Positions 1 to 10,871 of a stretch of 64,000 nt of DNA are shown piece by piece. Source of the stretch: an uncultured cyanobacterium (GTDB lineage Bacteria; Cyanobacteriota; Cyanobacteriia; Cyanobacteriales; Cyanobacteriaceae); NCBI GenBank assembly GCA_963710605.1, contig CAVQBA010000004.1:256001-320000 (forward strand). The letters are read 5' to 3'. The notes under the pieces were generated by a model. The model saw only the letters and a list, made by a program, of their open reading frames with translations, searched no databases and was not told where the DNA came from. Positions within the stretch are counted from its first letter, which is position 1. The number at the start of each line of letters is the position of its first letter. Position numbers and translations under genes: made by a program.

Positions 1-1199
1 GCTGTAAACGTAAATAATAAAGACAGGACAATACAAGTTGTCCAAAACTTTTTGATTAAAGGCGACAATTGACGAGGCTGATAATTCTTCTTCGATTGCC
101 AAAAATTGTTAAAACCTTGCCCCGACCACCATAAAATTGTACCGTAACATAAACCCGGAACTACACTCATCGCATAACGAATATTGATTGATAAAACAGA
201 TTTCCCTTCAGCTATGAATAACTTAAATAAAGGTGCACCTGCTATCATCCAAGCTGTGGGGGCAAAAGCTGGCACTAAAGCAAAGGGTAACAAATGGGCG
301 ACGATATATTTAATAGTTTTAAATACAGGGGTGACTAATTGCTCAAGTAAAATCCAAGGTTGAGAAATCATTCCCCAAATAATATCTAAAGTTGTAGCTT
401 CTGATTTGGTAGTATATTGTCCAAATCTTTCTAACATGAATCGTTTAGAAATGTCATCAGAAAAAATAGGCATAATCAAATTAGTTAATGCCAAAATGTA
501 CAAAAAACTAAAAGCACATACTGCGATGCCAATTTTGGGATAACGACGACTCAAGATTAAATAAACACCAACTCCAAATAAAGTAATTCCACTATCTTCA
601 CGTACTAAAACTGTCAAAACACACATCAGTGAAAATAACCACCAGCAACGCTTTTCCATCGCTAGTAGTAAAGTGAACATGAATAAAGGAATCTGAGATA
701 TATCGTGAAAGTTACATAATGTAGGACCTACTACTGCATTCGCACCATAATAACCAAAGACAATCCATCTTGAGAGTCTGGGTTCTAAATGTTGCCGTGC
801 TAACACATATAAGACCAGTCCTGCGGCGGTAACGAGAATTACGAGAAAAACTGCCAAAGTTGAGGCATGGGGATAGATAGCATAAAAAGGAAGCCAAAGA
901 AGTAAGGCAGGGGTGAAGTGTTGCCCTAAACGGTGATAACTAACATCAGGAAATTCTCCTGCATGGATGACATTAGTGGATAGTTGTGAAGATAATGAAC
1001 TTTGAAAAAAACGTCCGTGGATTCCATTCCAAAAAACTTGATTAAAAATTCCTTGATCGTAAGATGAGTAGAAAGTAAGATGGCGATGTAAGACAAGTAT
1101 TAGACACAAAAGAAAAAATATTGCACTAACTAATAATACAGGTTTCCATTCGGCTCGATCGAAATGTGTCGATTTGTTTGGGAGGGAAGTTTGTGTCAT
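1..1199 (-). CDS. DUF2079-family membrane protein (GT-C-like), paralog 1, runs off window edge
   Basis: ATG at 1199 (MTQTSLPNKSTHFDRAEW). Colinear with 1481..3148 at a constant 1949-bp offset down to base 1. Missing from the ORF track because the stop is outside the window. Confidence 0.85.
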   Translation of the reverse strand, partial: MTQTSLPNKSTHFDRAEWKPVLLVSAIFFLLCLILVLHRHLTFYSSYDQGIFNQVFWNGIHGRFFQSSLSSQLSTNVIHAGEFPDVSYHRLGQHFTPALLLWLPFYAIYPHASTLAVFLVILVTAAGLVLYVLARQHLEPRLSRWIVFGYYGANAVVGPTLCNFHDISQIPLFMFTLLLAMEKRCWWLFSLMCVLTVLVREDSGITLFGVGVYLILSRRYPKIGIAVCAFSFLYILALTNLIMPIFSDDISKRFMLERFGQYTTKSEATTLDIIWGMISQPWILLEQLVTPVFKTIKYIVAHLLPFALVPAFAPTAWMIAGAPLFKLFIAEGKSVLSINIRYAMSVVPGLCYGTILWWSGQGFNNFWQSKKNYQPRQLSPLIKKFWTTCIVLSLLFTFT

Positions 1200-1256
1200 T
1201 AACGTGCCAATAGATAACAGATAAAGTGTGAATATCGAACGCCAGTAAAGTTTATA

Positions 1257-1364
1257 CTATAGCCAAAAACATGATTATTAGAGAAATTAACCACCCCTAG
1301 CCCCTCCTTTGGTAAGGAGGGGAATTAGATTTGAATGTCCTAACGACAGAAGTTAACTGCTATA
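1257..1364. repeat. MITE-like repeat family A (TATAG ends, CCCCTCCTT..AAGGAGGGG hairpin)
   Basis: Same hairpin plus TTAGGGGTGG flank recurs inverted at 39859-39963, 50352-50453 and 58939-59013. Confidence 0.75.
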
Positions 1365-1480
1365 TAAAGTGAACAGAATAAAAATCATAGTATCTAAATA
1401 ATTGGTAAAAATACTTTTATATTAAGAGTGAAATAGTTGAAACAATTATTAATTATTAATTATTAATTATTCATTATTAT

Positions 1481-3148
1481 TTATAGTTTTTCTACTTCTT
1501 GACGAAACTGATTCCATTGTGGAAGTAATTCGGGTTTAGTGGTTGCTCCTTTTTCAATTAAAACTACACCATTTTTAAAATCAATTAAACCAAATTCTTG
1601 ACTATCAAGTAATGTTTTAATGGTATCTGTATGACTTTTTAACATTGAAAAAGAACTTTGAGAATCGGGTTGATAACGCATATAATGCCATAAATCGGCG
1701 ACTACATAATCAACGGTAATTGTTTGTTGTCGATCGTTAATTAATTGTGTACGATCTAAACGGATGATTTCTCTTCTACTAGAAAGATGAGGGATAAGGA
1801 AAGTACTTCCTGAAACACTAGCATTATCAGGAATTTGTGCTAATATACTTCTAATTTCCGACGATCGTTGCCATTGTTGCGGTAAAGAAACATAAATCCA
1901 AGGATCAATCGATTCAGGAATCAGAAAATAAAATGTACCATTAGGATTAGCCGTAATAGTAACAATTAAAGAAAGAACAATACAAGTTGTCCAAAACTTC
2001 TTGAAAAAAGACGACAATTGACGAGGCTGATAATTAATCGATGGCTGCCAAAAATTATTAAAACTTTGTCCTGATAACCATAAAATTGTACCGTAACACA
2101 AACCGGGAACTACACTCATCGCATAACGAATATTAATTGATAAGACTAAGTTTCCTTCGGCGATTAATAACTTAAACAAAGGTGCACCCGCTATCATCCA
2201 AGCTGTAGGTGCAACCGCAGGAATTAAAGCAAAAGGTACTATTTGCCCCAGAATATATCGTAATGTTTTCAGGATAGGTGATACTAATTGATCGATTACT
2301 ATCCACGGTTGAGAAATCATGCCCCACATAATATCAATAGTTGAGGCTTGGGTTGCATCTGTATATTGCCCAAATCTTTCCAACATAAATCTTTTAGAAA
2401 TATCATCAGAAAACAAAGGCATAATCAAATTAGTTAACGCCAAAATGTAAATAAAACTAAAGGCACAAACTGCTACCCCAATTTTAGGATAACGACGACT
2501 CAAAATTAAATATACTCCCACACCAAACAAAGTTACCCCACTATCTTCTCTGACTAATACTGTTAAAACACACATCAAACCAAACAACCACCACCAACGT
2601 TTTTCCATTGCTAATAGTAAGGTGAAGATAAAAAGTGGAATTTGAGAAGCATCATGAAAATTACATAATGTAGGTCCTAGTACTGCATTGGCACCATAAT
2701 AACCATAAACAATCCAACGAGATACTTGCGGTTCTAAATGTTCTCTAGCTAATAGATATAAGACTAATCCTGCGGCGGTAACAAAAATAACGAGCAAAAC
2801 AGCCAAAGTAGAAGCATGAGGATATATGGCATAAAAAGGAAGCCATAGTAGTAATGTCGGGGTAAAGTGTTGCCCTAAACGATGATAACTAACATTAGGT
2901 AATTCTCCTGCATGAACGACATTAGTTGAAAGTTGGGAAGATAATGAACTTTGGAAAAAACGTCCATGAATTCCATTCCAAAAAACTTGATTAAAAATTC
3001 CTTGATCGAAAGTTGAGTAGAAAGTAAGGTGGCGATGTAAGGTAAATATTAAACAAAATAGAAAAAATATTCCACTAACTAACAATACAGGTTTCCATTC
3101 AGCTCGATCGAAATGTGTCGATTTATTGGGGAGGGAAATTTGTGTCAT
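1481..3148 (-). CDS. DUF2079-family membrane protein, paralog 2
   Basis: 555-aa polytopic protein with DQGIFNQVFWN, LGQHF, NFH and REDS motifs. Confidence 0.85.
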   Translation of the reverse strand: MTQISLPNKSTHFDRAEWKPVLLVSGIFFLFCLIFTLHRHLTFYSTFDQGIFNQVFWNGIHGRFFQSSLSSQLSTNVVHAGELPNVSYHRLGQHFTPTLLLWLPFYAIYPHASTLAVLLVIFVTAAGLVLYLLAREHLEPQVSRWIVYGYYGANAVLGPTLCNFHDASQIPLFIFTLLLAMEKRWWWLFGLMCVLTVLVREDSGVTLFGVGVYLILSRRYPKIGVAVCAFSFIYILALTNLIMPLFSDDISKRFMLERFGQYTDATQASTIDIMWGMISQPWIVIDQLVSPILKTLRYILGQIVPFALIPAVAPTAWMIAGAPLFKLLIAEGNLVLSINIRYAMSVVPGLCYGTILWLSGQSFNNFWQPSINYQPRQLSSFFKKFWTTCIVLSLIVTITANPNGTFYFLIPESIDPWIYVSLPQQWQRSSEIRSILAQIPDNASVSGSTFLIPHLSSRREIIRLDRTQLINDRQQTITVDYVVADLWHYMRYQPDSQSSFSMLKSHTDTIKTLLDSQEFGLIDFKNGVVLIEKGATTKPELLPQWNQFRQEVEKL

Positions 3149-3338
3149 TCTTCGTATTTTGTTCTCAATCTAATTAATACAATCAATCATTAGTCAACTG
3201 TAACTATCAAACAATTAATGATAATTAAGCTGTCCTGTTCGATCGTTGCCGAATAAATTATAATACCAAAAGTTGTCTTTTTTTGAATCGGGTCGCAGTT
3301 GAGAAGTTAATTTTATTTTGCATAGATAATAAGCACTC

Positions 3339-4010
3339 ATGAGAATTTTACTAGTAGAAGATGACGATCGTATAGCCAAACCTCTAGCCGAAGGTTTAAA
3401 AAACGAACATCATGTAGTAGAAATAGCGATCGATGGTATAGAAGGATGGAAATATGCTCAAGGGGCTGAATTTGATCTGATTCTGTTAGATTTAATGTTA
3501 CCTAAATTAGATGGCGTTACTTTATGTAAGCGATTAAGAGAGGCAAAATCTACTGCTTTAATTTTGATGCTCACTGCTAAAGATACAACAGATGATAAAG
3601 TAATTGGGCTTGATGCAGGTGCAGATGACTATTTAGTAAAACCTTTTAAACTCAAAGAATTAGCCGCTAGAATTAGGGCTTTATCCCGCCGAAGCTACGA
3701 ACTTAAACCACAAATTCTTGGCTATGAAAAATTACAGCTTAATCCTTCTACTGGTAAAGTAACCTATGCAAGTAACTTGCTTTGTTTGACTCCTAAAGAA
3801 TATTTGATTTTAGAATATTTTTTACGCCATCCTCGACAGATTTTAACTCGATCGGCTATTCTTGACAAACTATGGGAGTTTGATAACTCATCAGGAGAAG
3901 GAACGATTAAAACCCATATTACTAACCTACGTTCAAAACTAAAAGTAGCAGGAAGTAAAAATAATTTAATCGAAACAGTTTATGGTGTTGGTTATCGTTT
4001 AGGCTCATAA
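3339..4010 (+). CDS. OmpR-family response regulator
   Basis: LLVEDD, DLMLP, GADDYLVKPF and winged-helix ETVYGVGY. Confidence 0.95.
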   Translation: MRILLVEDDDRIAKPLAEGLKNEHHVVEIAIDGIEGWKYAQGAEFDLILLDLMLPKLDGVTLCKRLREAKSTALILMLTAKDTTDDKVIGLDAGADDYLVKPFKLKELAARIRALSRRSYELKPQILGYEKLQLNPSTGKVTYASNLLCLTPKEYLILEYFLRHPRQILTRSAILDKLWEFDNSSGEGTIKTHITNLRSKLKVAGSKNNLIETVYGVGYRLGS

Positions 4011-4034
4011 AAAAATTAGGCAATCGTCATTAAT

Positions 4035-5285
4035 ATGTTCCAAAAGATTCGCTATCGTTTGTTTTTAGCCAATTTACTAGTCTTGACTATTGTTTTGTTA
4101 GGGTCGGCTTTTGCAGTACGTTTTGTCTTCATTCGTAATCTTAAACAGCAAGTAAATGAACGGCTAATGGCGATCGCTCAAAGTACGGCAGTTAGTGCAG
4201 AAGTAGAGGATGAAGGAGAATTTGAATGGGAGGTAGAATTTCCCTCAAAATTATTAGAAGAAGCACAGCAAGCTTTTCAGTGGTTTGACACTCAAGGAAA
4301 ACTATTAGAACAACAAGGTAATGCTCGCTATATTTCTACTCTACCGCTTTTAGCAGAACCAACGATTAAAACTCAAATAGATGAAACAGGGCTGGAGGTT
4401 ATCACGTTACCTATTCTAGATAAAAATAATGGGCAATTGATTGGTTATCTTCGTGCTAGTCAATCTTTAGAAAAAGTAGATGAAACGATCGAAAGACTTG
4501 ATTTAGGATTAGCTGTTGGTGCAATTGTCGCCGTTTTTCTCAGTAGTTTTGGTAGTGGTTGGCTTAACCGTCAGGCAGTACAACCGATCGAAGAGAGTTT
4601 TGAACGTTTAAAGCAGTTTACCGCCGATGCTTCTCATGAGTTACGAAGCCCTTTAATGGCGATTAGTACTAATGCAGAAGTGGCTTTAACTTATGATAAG
4701 GGTATGCGAAAAAGCGATCGTGAGAAATTTATCGCAATTTCTATGGCAACTGATCAAATGTCTCAACTGACAGAAGATTTATTATTGTTAACCCGAACTG
4801 ATCAAATCTCTAGTTTTGAATCCGAAAGAATAGATTTGACAACTTTATTAACAGATTTAGTTAATTTATACAAACCCCAAGCACAAACCAAACAAATTGA
4901 ACTCCAAGCAGAAATTGAAAATAATTTATGGTTAATCGGCGATCGAGCTAAATTAGTTAGGGCTTTTACTAATTTAATTCAAAATGCAATTCAATATAAT
5001 TCTACTTTGGGAAAAATAGAAGTGATAGGGAATAAAATCGGTCGAGAATTCATGGTTAATGTAAAAGATACAGGAATAGGTATTGCACCCGAACATTTAG
5101 AGCTAGTCTTTAACCGATTGTGGAGAGCCGATCGCTCTCGTTCTTATGACAAAGGAGGTTCAGGATTAGGATTAGCAATCACCCAAGCAATTATTCTTAA
5201 CCATAAAGGAACAATTACCGTCACCAGTCAGGTAAATGTTGGTAGTTGTTTTGTCATATCTTTACCTGTAACCAACGTTGACTAG
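4035..5285 (+). CDS. Sensor histidine kinase
   Basis: Two TM segments, ASHELRSPL H-box, N/G1/G2 boxes. Confidence 0.95.
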   Translation: MFQKIRYRLFLANLLVLTIVLLGSAFAVRFVFIRNLKQQVNERLMAIAQSTAVSAEVEDEGEFEWEVEFPSKLLEEAQQAFQWFDTQGKLLEQQGNARYISTLPLLAEPTIKTQIDETGLEVITLPILDKNNGQLIGYLRASQSLEKVDETIERLDLGLAVGAIVAVFLSSFGSGWLNRQAVQPIEESFERLKQFTADASHELRSPLMAISTNAEVALTYDKGMRKSDREKFIAISMATDQMSQLTEDLLLLTRTDQISSFESERIDLTTLLTDLVNLYKPQAQTKQIELQAEIENNLWLIGDRAKLVRAFTNLIQNAIQYNSTLGKIEVIGNKIGREFMVNVKDTGIGIAPEHLELVFNRLWRADRSRSYDKGGSGLGLAITQAIILNHKGTITVTSQVNVGSCFVISLPVTNVD

Positions 5286-5410
5286 TTGATAATATCCCCC
5301 AAAATAGCTGAAGTAATCTTGCAAAGTTCTTAACGATTGCTATTTATAATGACAACCTAACTTCAATCAAAATTAAATTGATCAAAATAAGATTAGGAGA
5401 ATAAAAACTT

Positions 5411-6283
5411 TTGAAACGTCGTCAATTATTACAGTGGGGTGGAAGTGGATTAGGATTAGCTTTGAGCCGTCATTATTTACTTGCTTGGGGAAATACACCT
5501 ACAAAAAATATAATTTCTCAATCTTCTGACTTTTGCTTTGTTGCTTTAGGGGATGTAGGAACAGGAAATACAGGGCAAAACACGATCGCTCAAGTGATGA
5601 ACGATTATTATCTTCAACAACCTTTTGAACTAGTATTATTAACAGGAGATAACATTTATGAAAATGGTGACATCAGAAAAATAGGAGCTACTTTTAGTAA
5701 GCCTTATTCTTTTTTGACAAAACAAAATATTCCTTTTTATGCCGTATTAGGTAATCATGATCTGAAAACTAATAACGGTGAAGATCAAGTTAACTTTAGC
5801 TCGTTTAATATGAAAGGACGTTATTACACCTTTAGTAAAGGCATCGTTCAATTCTTTGCTCTCGATACTAATAACAATGCTAATTGGTCAACACAACTAG
5901 ACTGGCTGGAAAAAAACTTAGCACAATCACAGGCTACTTGGAAAATTGTTTTTGGACATCATCCTCTTTATTCTTCTGGGCTTCATGGTACTAGTCAAGA
6001 ACTAATTGACAAGCTATCACCTCTATTTGCTCGTTATGGCGTTCAATTATATATAAACGGTCACGACCACAATTACGAAAGAACTATTGCAATTAAGGGA
6101 ACGACATATTTAACCTGCGGTGCAGGAGCGAAAACTCGTCCTGTCTTTAGTTCTCAATGGACTGCTTATTGCGCACCAAGATTGAGTTTTGCCACGATCG
6201 ATGTTCATTCAGATTATTTAGAAATTCAAGGAATTGGTAAAGAGGGAAAAGTATTCGATCGTGGTAAGGTAGCAAAAGCCTAA
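5411..6283 (+). CDS. Tat-exported metallophosphoesterase (acid phosphatase-like)
   Basis: KRRQLL twin-arginine signal; GDVG, GDNIY, GNHD and GHDH motifs. Confidence 0.88.
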   Translation: MKRRQLLQWGGSGLGLALSRHYLLAWGNTPTKNIISQSSDFCFVALGDVGTGNTGQNTIAQVMNDYYLQQPFELVLLTGDNIYENGDIRKIGATFSKPYSFLTKQNIPFYAVLGNHDLKTNNGEDQVNFSSFNMKGRYYTFSKGIVQFFALDTNNNANWSTQLDWLEKNLAQSQATWKIVFGHHPLYSSGLHGTSQELIDKLSPLFARYGVQLYINGHDHNYERTIAIKGTTYLTCGAGAKTRPVFSSQWTAYCAPRLSFATIDVHSDYLEIQGIGKEGKVFDRGKVAKA

Positions 6284-6304
6284 GCTCAAATAGTTTAATC
6301 CAAT

Positions 6305-8047
6305 TTATCGGCAATGATATAAGCGATTTTTGTAACCACTATCTGATAATTTAGATTTATTATCTTCAATACAGTTAAGCTGACTCAGATTTTCTGGAGC
6401 TACTTTTAAATTTACTCCCCATAAATCAAGCGGTTTGGGTTGAGACAATATAATCTTACTCAGAGTGGCAAAGTTATTATCTTCAGTATTATTGATTTGT
6501 CGGATTAAAAGGAATTGGTTAGAAATTGTTAGCTTGTCGGATACAGTTTTAGTCTGAGAATTGACCCGTTTGAAAGATAATGCTAGAGCAATTAATTCTC
6601 GTAATTGAGAAGAAGTTTCATAAGTTGTCGCTACTATACTAGGTACAGTCGATGTCGTTATAATATGGTCGGCAAGAGCGTCTGAGTGCCGAGATTTTTG
6701 AAATCCATAATTTCCCACAACTGTTAAAGAGCCGAATAATCCCATTAATATCATAACTACTGCTACTTTCTTGCCTGAATTAGACAACCAATCATGTTTA
6801 GTTTTGATTAATACAGTTTGCCAAAGATTAGCTAAAGCAACTGCTGTGACAACTATAACGATTGGAAAATAGACAAAGTGATAACGAACAGCTAAGGAAA
6901 TATCTTTACCTAATCCGTAGATAATTAATAAATAGAGCAAAATTGCTCCTAGCCAATAATTAATTAAAATTGTTAAAGGCTGACTAAATTCTGTTTGTAA
7001 TGACGATCGATATCCTCGAATTAAAGCCGGTACAAGCCAGATTAATGACAACAAAATTACTGTTGCTGAAAAGATTACAACAATCGAAGATGTATTTTCT
7101 ACAGGTAATAGCATTACCATTGTTATCAACCATACTATCAATCGAAGGATAGGTTGCCAAATATGTCCGAAGTCATAACTAGTTTGAATCCAATCAGTTA
7201 ATTGGTTATCGGAAACACCTCTAGCTAATGGTAACCAGACTAAACAACCCGCTAAAGTACCTAAACCGACCGCAATGATTCTCCACCAATGATTAAAGCT
7301 AAACGGTTTTTTATTTTTTTTGTTAAAGTCTGAAAAATATAATACTATTATTACTAAAGCTTCCGCCCCCAAAGCTAAGGAAAAGAAATAATGGGTAGCC
7401 ATACCAAGACTGTTAACTAATATCCAAAGACAGCAAATCCAAATCGGTAACCGAGTGTGTCGATTTATACAGTGAGTGGCTACGATTACACAAGTAACAG
7501 AAATAATAATCCACAAAACAGTTAAAGTATAATGACGAGCTTCTTGAGCTAGATAAATGCCATAGGGAGATACAGCCATTAATGCGGCGGCTAGGTGAGC
7601 TATTAATTTAGAACGAAAAGCCACCCAACTCAAATTAAAAATAGCAGGAATTGCTAAACTTCCTAAAATAGCACTAAGCGATCGTGCAACCTTTAAAGAT
7701 ACTAATTCTCCATCCCCGACAAATAGCTTTATCCACCAGTGATTTAACCAAAAATAAAGCGGTGGATGGGTACTTTGCGTCATTAAGCGATTGATTACAT
7801 CTCCATAATTTAAAGTTGTATCTAACCTTAAAGGAGAAAGTAAAATAGATTCTGAAACAATTTTTTCCAAAGGAATTTGAGCAAAGCCATTACCTAAACT
7901 AAAACCGATAGTAGCAATCTCGATCGAAGAAGCAGGTTTAGCGTCTAAATTAGCAAATCTTAAAGCAATACCGATGACTAGCCAACTTAATAAAAGCCAA
8001 AAATGAACCCCACCGTTATCGTCATAACTGTATTTATTTCTTTTCAT
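6305..8047 (-). CDS. Membrane glycosyltransferase, GT39/PMT-like
   Basis: THPPLYF and AQEARHY motifs, many TM helices. Confidence 0.8.
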   Translation of the reverse strand: MKRNKYSYDDNGGVHFWLLLSWLVIGIALRFANLDAKPASSIEIATIGFSLGNGFAQIPLEKIVSESILLSPLRLDTTLNYGDVINRLMTQSTHPPLYFWLNHWWIKLFVGDGELVSLKVARSLSAILGSLAIPAIFNLSWVAFRSKLIAHLAAALMAVSPYGIYLAQEARHYTLTVLWIIISVTCVIVATHCINRHTRLPIWICCLWILVNSLGMATHYFFSLALGAEALVIIVLYFSDFNKKNKKPFSFNHWWRIIAVGLGTLAGCLVWLPLARGVSDNQLTDWIQTSYDFGHIWQPILRLIVWLITMVMLLPVENTSSIVVIFSATVILLSLIWLVPALIRGYRSSLQTEFSQPLTILINYWLGAILLYLLIIYGLGKDISLAVRYHFVYFPIVIVVTAVALANLWQTVLIKTKHDWLSNSGKKVAVVMILMGLFGSLTVVGNYGFQKSRHSDALADHIITTSTVPSIVATTYETSSQLRELIALALSFKRVNSQTKTVSDKLTISNQFLLIRQINNTEDNNFATLSKIILSQPKPLDLWGVNLKVAPENLSQLNCIEDNKSKLSDSGYKNRLYHCR

Positions 8048-8068
8048 GTTTGCGATTAAGATTGTTGT

Positions 8069-9715
8069 TTAAATTGAAGAGAGATAATAAATCGTCCATT
8101 TACCTAAAGACTCAGATTGGCTGTAGTTTTCAGTAATCCAACTCAATTCATCAGATAACTTCTTTTTCGCTACTAAAACTGAAGGAGATTTAATGATATT
8201 TTTTAATTGGTTGACTGTAGTAGGTTGACGGATATCAAGCCAATATTTTTTCCACTCATCGTCGATTTCAAACTCGGTTTCTCGCTTTACTCCACCGTTG
8301 TTGAGGGTGATAATATCACGATCGAGATTAAACGCCAGAGATGGTAGTAGCTCGTTGTAAACTAAAATAGGCTCATCCTCTAATCCTTGACTTTTGATAA
8401 ATTCAGCTAGTGGGCGAGTACCACCAAAAGCTAACTCATTAGCACCAATTAGATAGCCACTATAGATAGTCAACATCAATATTGAAGATAAAGCGATCGT
8501 ACTTAAACACAATTGAAGATTGTAGTTGACTAACCAACGATAAACTAATATTGGTATGATCAGTAAAAGTAAAGCTGAGATTACCATTTGCCAAGTTATA
8601 ATCAAGCTCGCTCCTGAAACACTAATTAATAATGGAGCAAAAAGAGCGATCGTACCCAATAGCCAATAAAAGACAATAAACACTCTGATAAACCACTTCA
8701 GGTCAGAATTGTTCATTTTGATAATTAGACTAGCCATAATTATTGCCAAACCTGCATACATTGGCAACAGATACATCATCAATTTAGAGCTAGTTAAGCT
8801 ATAAACAATAAACGGTAACAACAAGACAAAAAGTGAAAGTTGAACTGCATCTTTGTTTTTACCTAGCTGATAAGCTCGATGAAATAGACTAGCAAAGTAA
8901 ACCAAAAACCAAGGTAGAGTTGTGGTTATAAAGATAAGCGGGTAAAACCAGACTGGTTTAGTACGATCGAATGTCTCTGCATCTAATACTCTATCTACTA
9001 ATTGTCGTCCTAAAAAATAGTTAGTGAGAGATGGTAACTCTTGGCTAACTACAATAAACCACGATAAACCTAAGGTGATGGATAAAATTAAAGCAATTAT
9101 TAAATGCTTAATTGGTACTTTGTATTTCAAACGTCGGGCAAATATGAGATAAAGCCAATAACAAAAAGGAAGGATAAAAACAGCAGGTGCTTTAGTTAAA
9201 AATCCGATTCCTGTAAACAAGGCGGCAATATAAATTCCCCCTATTTTTCCTTGACAGTAGTAAACAGTCAAACCATAAATAACCGCTAGCACTGAGGTAG
9301 TCAGAAAATTGTCTGTTGTTAGGTTACGAGCTGAAATTATAGTCAGAGGGAAAGAAAGATAAATAACAACGGCTAAAATAGAGCGGATTTTTTCCCTAAA
9401 TAATCTCTGAGTGATCAGATAAATTAATATTGCTTGCAAGACTAAAGAAACTTGTAAAAAGAATTTTGCCCCAAAAGCATTTACTCCGAATAGTTGAAAA
9501 CCTATCTCAGTTAGCCAAAAGGTAACAGGTGGTTTGTGAAAGTGAAAAATATTCAACAAAGTTGGCTGAAGTAAATTTCGATGGCGAAACATTTCACGAC
9601 TAATTTCTGCATAACGAGCTTCGCTAGCTTCAAGAACACTATAACTGTTGAGATTAAAAAGTAATGCAATCAAGACGAAAGTCAAGGCAAAATAAAGATA
9701 TCGCTTTTGTTTCAT
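8069..9715 (-). CDS. ArnT/PMT-family glycosyltransferase
   Basis: EARYAEISREM, KPP and FLTKAP motifs. Confidence 0.85.
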   Translation of the reverse strand: MKQKRYLYFALTFVLIALLFNLNSYSVLEASEARYAEISREMFRHRNLLQPTLLNIFHFHKPPVTFWLTEIGFQLFGVNAFGAKFFLQVSLVLQAILIYLITQRLFREKIRSILAVVIYLSFPLTIISARNLTTDNFLTTSVLAVIYGLTVYYCQGKIGGIYIAALFTGIGFLTKAPAVFILPFCYWLYLIFARRLKYKVPIKHLIIALILSITLGLSWFIVVSQELPSLTNYFLGRQLVDRVLDAETFDRTKPVWFYPLIFITTTLPWFLVYFASLFHRAYQLGKNKDAVQLSLFVLLLPFIVYSLTSSKLMMYLLPMYAGLAIIMASLIIKMNNSDLKWFIRVFIVFYWLLGTIALFAPLLISVSGASLIITWQMVISALLLLIIPILVYRWLVNYNLQLCLSTIALSSILMLTIYSGYLIGANELAFGGTRPLAEFIKSQGLEDEPILVYNELLPSLAFNLDRDIITLNNGGVKRETEFEIDDEWKKYWLDIRQPTTVNQLKNIIKSPSVLVAKKKLSDELSWITENYSQSESLGKWTIYYLSSI

Positions 9716-9759
9716 ATAGATTTAGTATTAATCCAAACCTATGAAATATTAAGAGATGA

Positions 9760-10006
9760 ATGTCAAGAACTTTGCAAGAAGATAGAAGCTAGTCAAGTGT
9801 TTAATCTCAGCCGTAACACAATTAATCTGTGGTTAAAACGTAAACAACGAACAGGAGATTATAAAGCTCAAAAAACAACACCAATAGCTAGGACAACTAA
9901 AATTAACGACTGGAAAAAATTTCAAATATTTGTGGAAGATAATGTCGATAAAACTTAAGTAGAAATTGCTCAATTATGGGATGAAGATATTAGCCCTCGC
10001 ACAGTT
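9760..10006 (+). mobile_element. IS630 (ISY100-like) transposase N-terminal remnant
   Basis: ASQVFNLSRNTINLWLKR..TGD..KINDWKKF..DKT*VEIAQLW..ISPRTV: HTH region with an internal stop and no DDE domain. Boundaries approximate. Confidence 0.75.
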
Positions 10007-10114
10007 ACCCCATTACCCGACTAAGTAATAGTGACAATTCGATTTAATTCGTCTAATGTAAACTCTTTCTTCTATTCCACCAGAGATATCGTCGATCGAG
10101 CTAACACATTTTTG

Positions 10115-10507
10115 TTAAGCATCCCACATTCGGAGGATATTCGGAGGATATTCGCAAAGAACATCTATTACATCATCTGGTGTTGCAAAAGCATAATGTA
10201 TAACGTTTTTGTCTATATACACTTCACAACTTTCTTGATGAAACCATTGTAAATAATTAGAATTTTTAACCATGAATAAGAAATGCTGTAATTTACTGCC
10301 TTGCTCATTAAGAGTTTTAAGCAAATCTCCTTCATCGTGATTTCGATAAGATATAAAAGAATCGAATGATATAATTAAACACTTTAAGTTTTGGCTTTCA
10401 TTTGCAAAAGTTAGAATCAATTCATCATCATTTTGTTTTAATTCTTCGAGATAAAATTTTCCAGAAATATCTTCAAAAGGTTTCCACATATTCCATTGTT
10501 CAGACAT
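10115..10507 (-). CDS. Putative immunity protein
   Basis: Acidic 130 aa (YRNHDEGD, VKNSNYLQWF..ES, HY..TPDDVIDVL) directly downstream of a toxin-like tip. Confidence 0.6.
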   Translation of the reverse strand: MSEQWNMWKPFEDISGKFYLEELKQNDDELILTFANESQNLKCLIISFDSFISYRNHDEGDLLKTLNEQGSKLQHFLFMVKNSNYLQWFHQESCEVYIDKNVIHYAFATPDDVIDVLCEYPPNILRMWDA

Positions 10508-10534
10508 AGTATTTATATGATATGTGTAGTTAAT

Positions 10535-10819
10535 TTAATTATCAAAACGATATTTAAGTTTTGTTCTTCCATTTTGTATTTCTAATGTTACTCTGCCATC
10601 CGTACTGCCCTCTCTAACAATAACTGTTTTACCATTATCCAAATAGCCAACACGACCACCAAAAATATTTTTAGTATTAGATAATTTTAGTCGATCGAAG
10701 TATTCATTAGCTTTTGGTAAGCCACCTGTCAAAACTATATATTGTTTACTTCTTCCTCTAGTTCTGTCACCAGGTGTAGATTGTTGAAATAATTCGTTAA
10801 GAATTTCATTTTGCTCTTC
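10535..10819 (-). pseudogene. Orphan polymorphic toxin C-terminal domain
   Basis: Open frame from 10819 with no ATG: PGDRTRGRSKQY..GG..AN..FD.L..GRVG.L.NG.TV.VR.GS.DGR.TLEIQ, resembling CdiA/Rhs-type toxin tips. Confidence 0.6.
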
Positions 10820-10871
10820 TTAACTTGCAAAATACGGAAGAGGAGAAAAGTTATTATTAGCAGGACAAGAA

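Noticed and set aside
712..897. 61-aa ORF
   Set aside because: Alternative frame inside DUF2079 paralog 1.
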